Source: the human T2T-CHM13v2.0 reference genome, Homo sapiens. Taken from it: a stretch of DNA of 64,000 nucleotides. Under the pieces are notes generated by a model, which made no database searches, was not told the origin of the DNA, and saw nothing but the letters and a program-made list of their open reading frames with translations. The stretch is taken from NCBI RefSeq assembly GCF_009914755.1, contig NC_060943.1; one strand, written 5' to 3'. Shown piece after piece: positions 60,965 to 64,000 of this stretch. Numbering within the stretch: the first letter of the stretch is position 1; every line of letters starts with the position of its first letter. The translations under genes were made by a program, and so were the position numbers.

Positions 60965-61013
60965 TAACTCAATCCATAGATGACCGATCAACAGAACCTG
61001 CCTAATCCCATCA
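60965..61013. promoter_or_regulatory. Pair of near-consensus DUX4-type motifs upstream of the PRR23-like gene
   Basis: TAACTCAATCC (60965-60975) and TAATCCCATCA (61003-61013), each 10/11 to TAAYYYAATCA. CCAAT boxes on - at ~60912 and ~60956. Confidence 0.35.
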
Positions 61014-61418
61014 AGAGCCAACCTGTTTCCTGTCCCCTCCCATCCTCTAGGTCTTGCCTAATAATGATAGACACTTTCTGTCATACCCAATTCATCCATC
61101 GCTGAAATAGTTTTTCATGTGTGCCTTTTATATTTTCATGCAATAAAAATATGTTAATTTTCACGGGGGCTATCCTGGGGAATGCCATGTACATGAAATG
61201 AAGTGTCAAAGGAGCAGAAGCAGAAGGAAATTCACAAGCTTCTCTGAGCGTCTCTGCTTGAATTCCTGCCATGTTTCCTAAACATGTTGGCTTCTTTCTT
61301 CCTACCCAAGTAAGAAGGTGCTTCAGAAGTTCAATCTTAGGGCATTTGACAAACGCTGCTGAGAATTTCAGGATGACACGAAGGAACCTTTGATTGGATT
61401 TGTGGATGTGCCTGTGAA

Positions 61419-61421
<3 letters not shown>

Positions 61422-61464
<43 letters not shown>

Positions 61465-61740
61465 GCCAGGATGAAGTGGCTGTTCCTGGGGTGGAGACCC
61501 TTCTTTCTCTTGAGAATGTTCATTGCTGTTGACTCATTGTGGGTTTTGGAGATATTTTCTCTCTTTCTTTCGTTCTTTCAGACATTTTTTGCTTTCTCCC
61601 TCCCTCGATCCTAACCCCCCTCCATCCCCCCCTCACTCCCTCCTTCCCTCTTTCCATCCTTCCTCCCTCCCTTCCCTCTTTCCTTCCTTCCTGCCTTCTT
61701 CCCTTCCCCTTCCCCTCTTCCTTCTGTCCTTCCTTCCTGT
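61422..61740. repeat. (GT)n microsatellite and CT-rich tract within the repeat unit
   Basis: (GT)~20 at 61422-61461 and a polypyrimidine tract at ~61590-61740. Confidence 0.9.
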
Positions 61741-62926
61741 GTGTAAAAGAAAAATTGGTGAATAGAAGAATAATTGAATAACTGCCTGAGTCACTTATAC
61801 ATTTCTCATCTCACTCTGGGGACACAGAAGACCGTGTTGTACTCATCTCCTCGATTTTAAAAACAGTCATTCTAAAATCAAGGATTCTAGATGTATCACT
61901 TCTAGGCGAAATCTTGAAAGAAAATGTGTAAGAGTTTCATGTGCTCTTCATCTCTATGATAACAATTGAAGAAGGCAGGAGGTTGAGATGCTGCATCGCC
62001 AAGATCGTGGTGATTCCATTATCATTACCCTTGTAACTTGTGAGCATCCTTACTGCCAGCAATCATTATTAGATATGGAATCTGATATAGGAGTTCATAT
62101 TTACTGTATGAATATCTTGGTGTGGGAGTGTTGGCTCATGCCTGTAATCCCAGTGCTTTGGGAGGCAGAGGCAGGAGGCTCGCTTGAACCCAGGAGTTCG
62201 AGACAAGCCGGAAGAGCATGGCGAGACCCTCGTCTCTACAAAAATGTAAAAATCAGCCAAGTGTGCTGGTAGGTGCCTGTAGTCTCAGCTCCTTAGGAGG
62301 CTGAAGTGTTAGGATCGCTTTCGCCCGGGATGTAATGGCTACAGGGAGTCGAGATCTTGCCACTGAACTTCAGCCTGGGCAACAGAGCAAGACTCTCTCT
62401 CAAAAATAAAATGCTTTTTCCTTTAGGCTTAAATTCTAACACTCAAACCTCCAAAGCGGAGGTATTAGGAGGTGGGGCCCTTGGGAGATGATGAGATTAT
62501 GAAAGTGGAACCCTCGTAAATGGGATTAGTGCCCTTCTGAAAGTGACGGAAGAGAGCTCGCCAGCACCTTCCATGTGGGGAGACAGGGAGGATATGACAG
62601 TCTCCAACCTGGAAGAGGGTCCTCACCAGACCCCGATCATGCTGGCACTCTCATCGTGGACTTCCGGCCTCCAGAACTCTGATCAACAAATGTGTGTTCT
62701 TAAAGAAAAAAAAAGTGTGGAAAGCAATGTTAATGTTCCCAATCACTTTGAGTACATTCTTTCCTTAACTATGTCTTAATGCATAGTTGTGTTGGATGGC
62801 CTAGTTTGTAATGTTAGAATATGCATGTTAGTGAATTAATAAATACAGCAGTAAAGAATAGAGTTGTGGTTGGGAATGGTGTCTCACGCCTGTAATCCCA
62901 GCACAATGGCATGCCGAGGCGGGTCA

Positions 62927-63133
<207 letters not shown>

Positions 63134-64000
63134 CTAAATTCTATATCAAAAAATTAAAAAAAAAAAAAAGAAGGCTGTTTGTTGACCATTTGAGTGGCCA
63201 GTCTTGGTGCTTCCTGGTGGGCGAGGAGAGCCCTGCCCCATTCCTACCCATTCCAGTAGTCATGGCATAAGAGTGATTCTCACTTTCTGCTATAGCCTCC
63301 TTATCCATTGGCTGAAATGATTCTTTTTTAATGTGTCTTATAAATGCGTCCATAGCAAAAAAAATTGAATTGACTTTTATAGGGACTCTTTCGGGGATTG
63401 TTACCCATCATTCTATAATTTGTTTGTACTCCTAGAAAAGGGAAGTATGCCGAGCACAGTGGATATTTCGTCTCAAATAATAAATAAATAACCAAATAGA
63501 AAAGAAAGAAAAGGAAGTAAAGGGAAATATACAAATATACAAGGTGTTAGGAGAGAGTTGCTAATCGTGATTCCCCCTTAATTGTCCAAACAGACCACCT
63601 CTGGGGATCTATTCGTAAAAGACTCGTTAGAAGTGCAGACTCATGCATTTGAGAATCACTCAGGGAAATCTGAAGATGACCTGTGGTGGGGGTGTAAATG
63701 GATACTTAAATGTGTCTTGTGATTGTGTGAGAGTGTGACTGTGTGTTTGTGTGTGTGCTGTCATCTGTGGAGTGGGGGATCCTCTTTTGCCTTGAGAAAG
63801 CTCATCTCTGTCCACTTACTCTGGGCTCTACCATCTGTGCCTTGTATCCAGTAGAAATAAAACAGTTTGCGGCAGAAATGGAGTTTTATTTTATTTTACT
63901 TTACTTTTTATTAGGATTATTTGTAGACCGGGTCTCACTCTGTCACTCAGGCTGGAGTGCAACGGCACGATCTCAGATCACTGCAACCTGTGCCTCCTGC

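Noticed and set aside
60565-60972. 135-aa ORF on the - strand
   Set aside because: It starts at a non-ATG codon. Only its last 26 codons (from ATG 60645 to the splice donor) fit exon 1; an upstream extension is unsupported.

Overview
Human (primate) genomic DNA, recognisable as 19p13.2 from the ACTL9-OR2Z1 gene pair. It is very Alu-rich and also carries L1, LTR and SVA insertions. Genes: single-exon ACTL9 (13049-14299, -) with a perfect CRE just upstream; a full-length RPL23A processed pseudogene (~44334-44869, -); and olfactory receptor OR2Z1 (46682-47626, +), which has Gly in place of the family-conserved TM3 cysteine. From ~52490 the window enters a tandem macrosatellite with a period of ~7460 bp, most likely the ZNF558-adjacent VNTR; its edge copy carries an SVA. 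Main finding: the repeat unit contains an intact four-coding-exon gene on the - strand (60645-60569, 59484-59420, 59181-59114, 58877-58251). It has GT-AG introns, consistent phases and a poly(A) signal, and encodes a 278-aa PRR23/PRR23D-like protein with an NLS-like PKRQKV and a C-terminal RRRLF cyclin-docking-like motif. Near-DUX4 motifs lie upstream. The array may therefore be a copy-number-variable protein-coding gene cluster. Also noted: a PATRR-like AT-rich palindrome, a 365-bp inverted duplication, several local duplications, a twin-primed L1 and a CpG/CRE-rich candidate promoter inside an old L1. Family assignments come from my recall of the sequences, not from searches.
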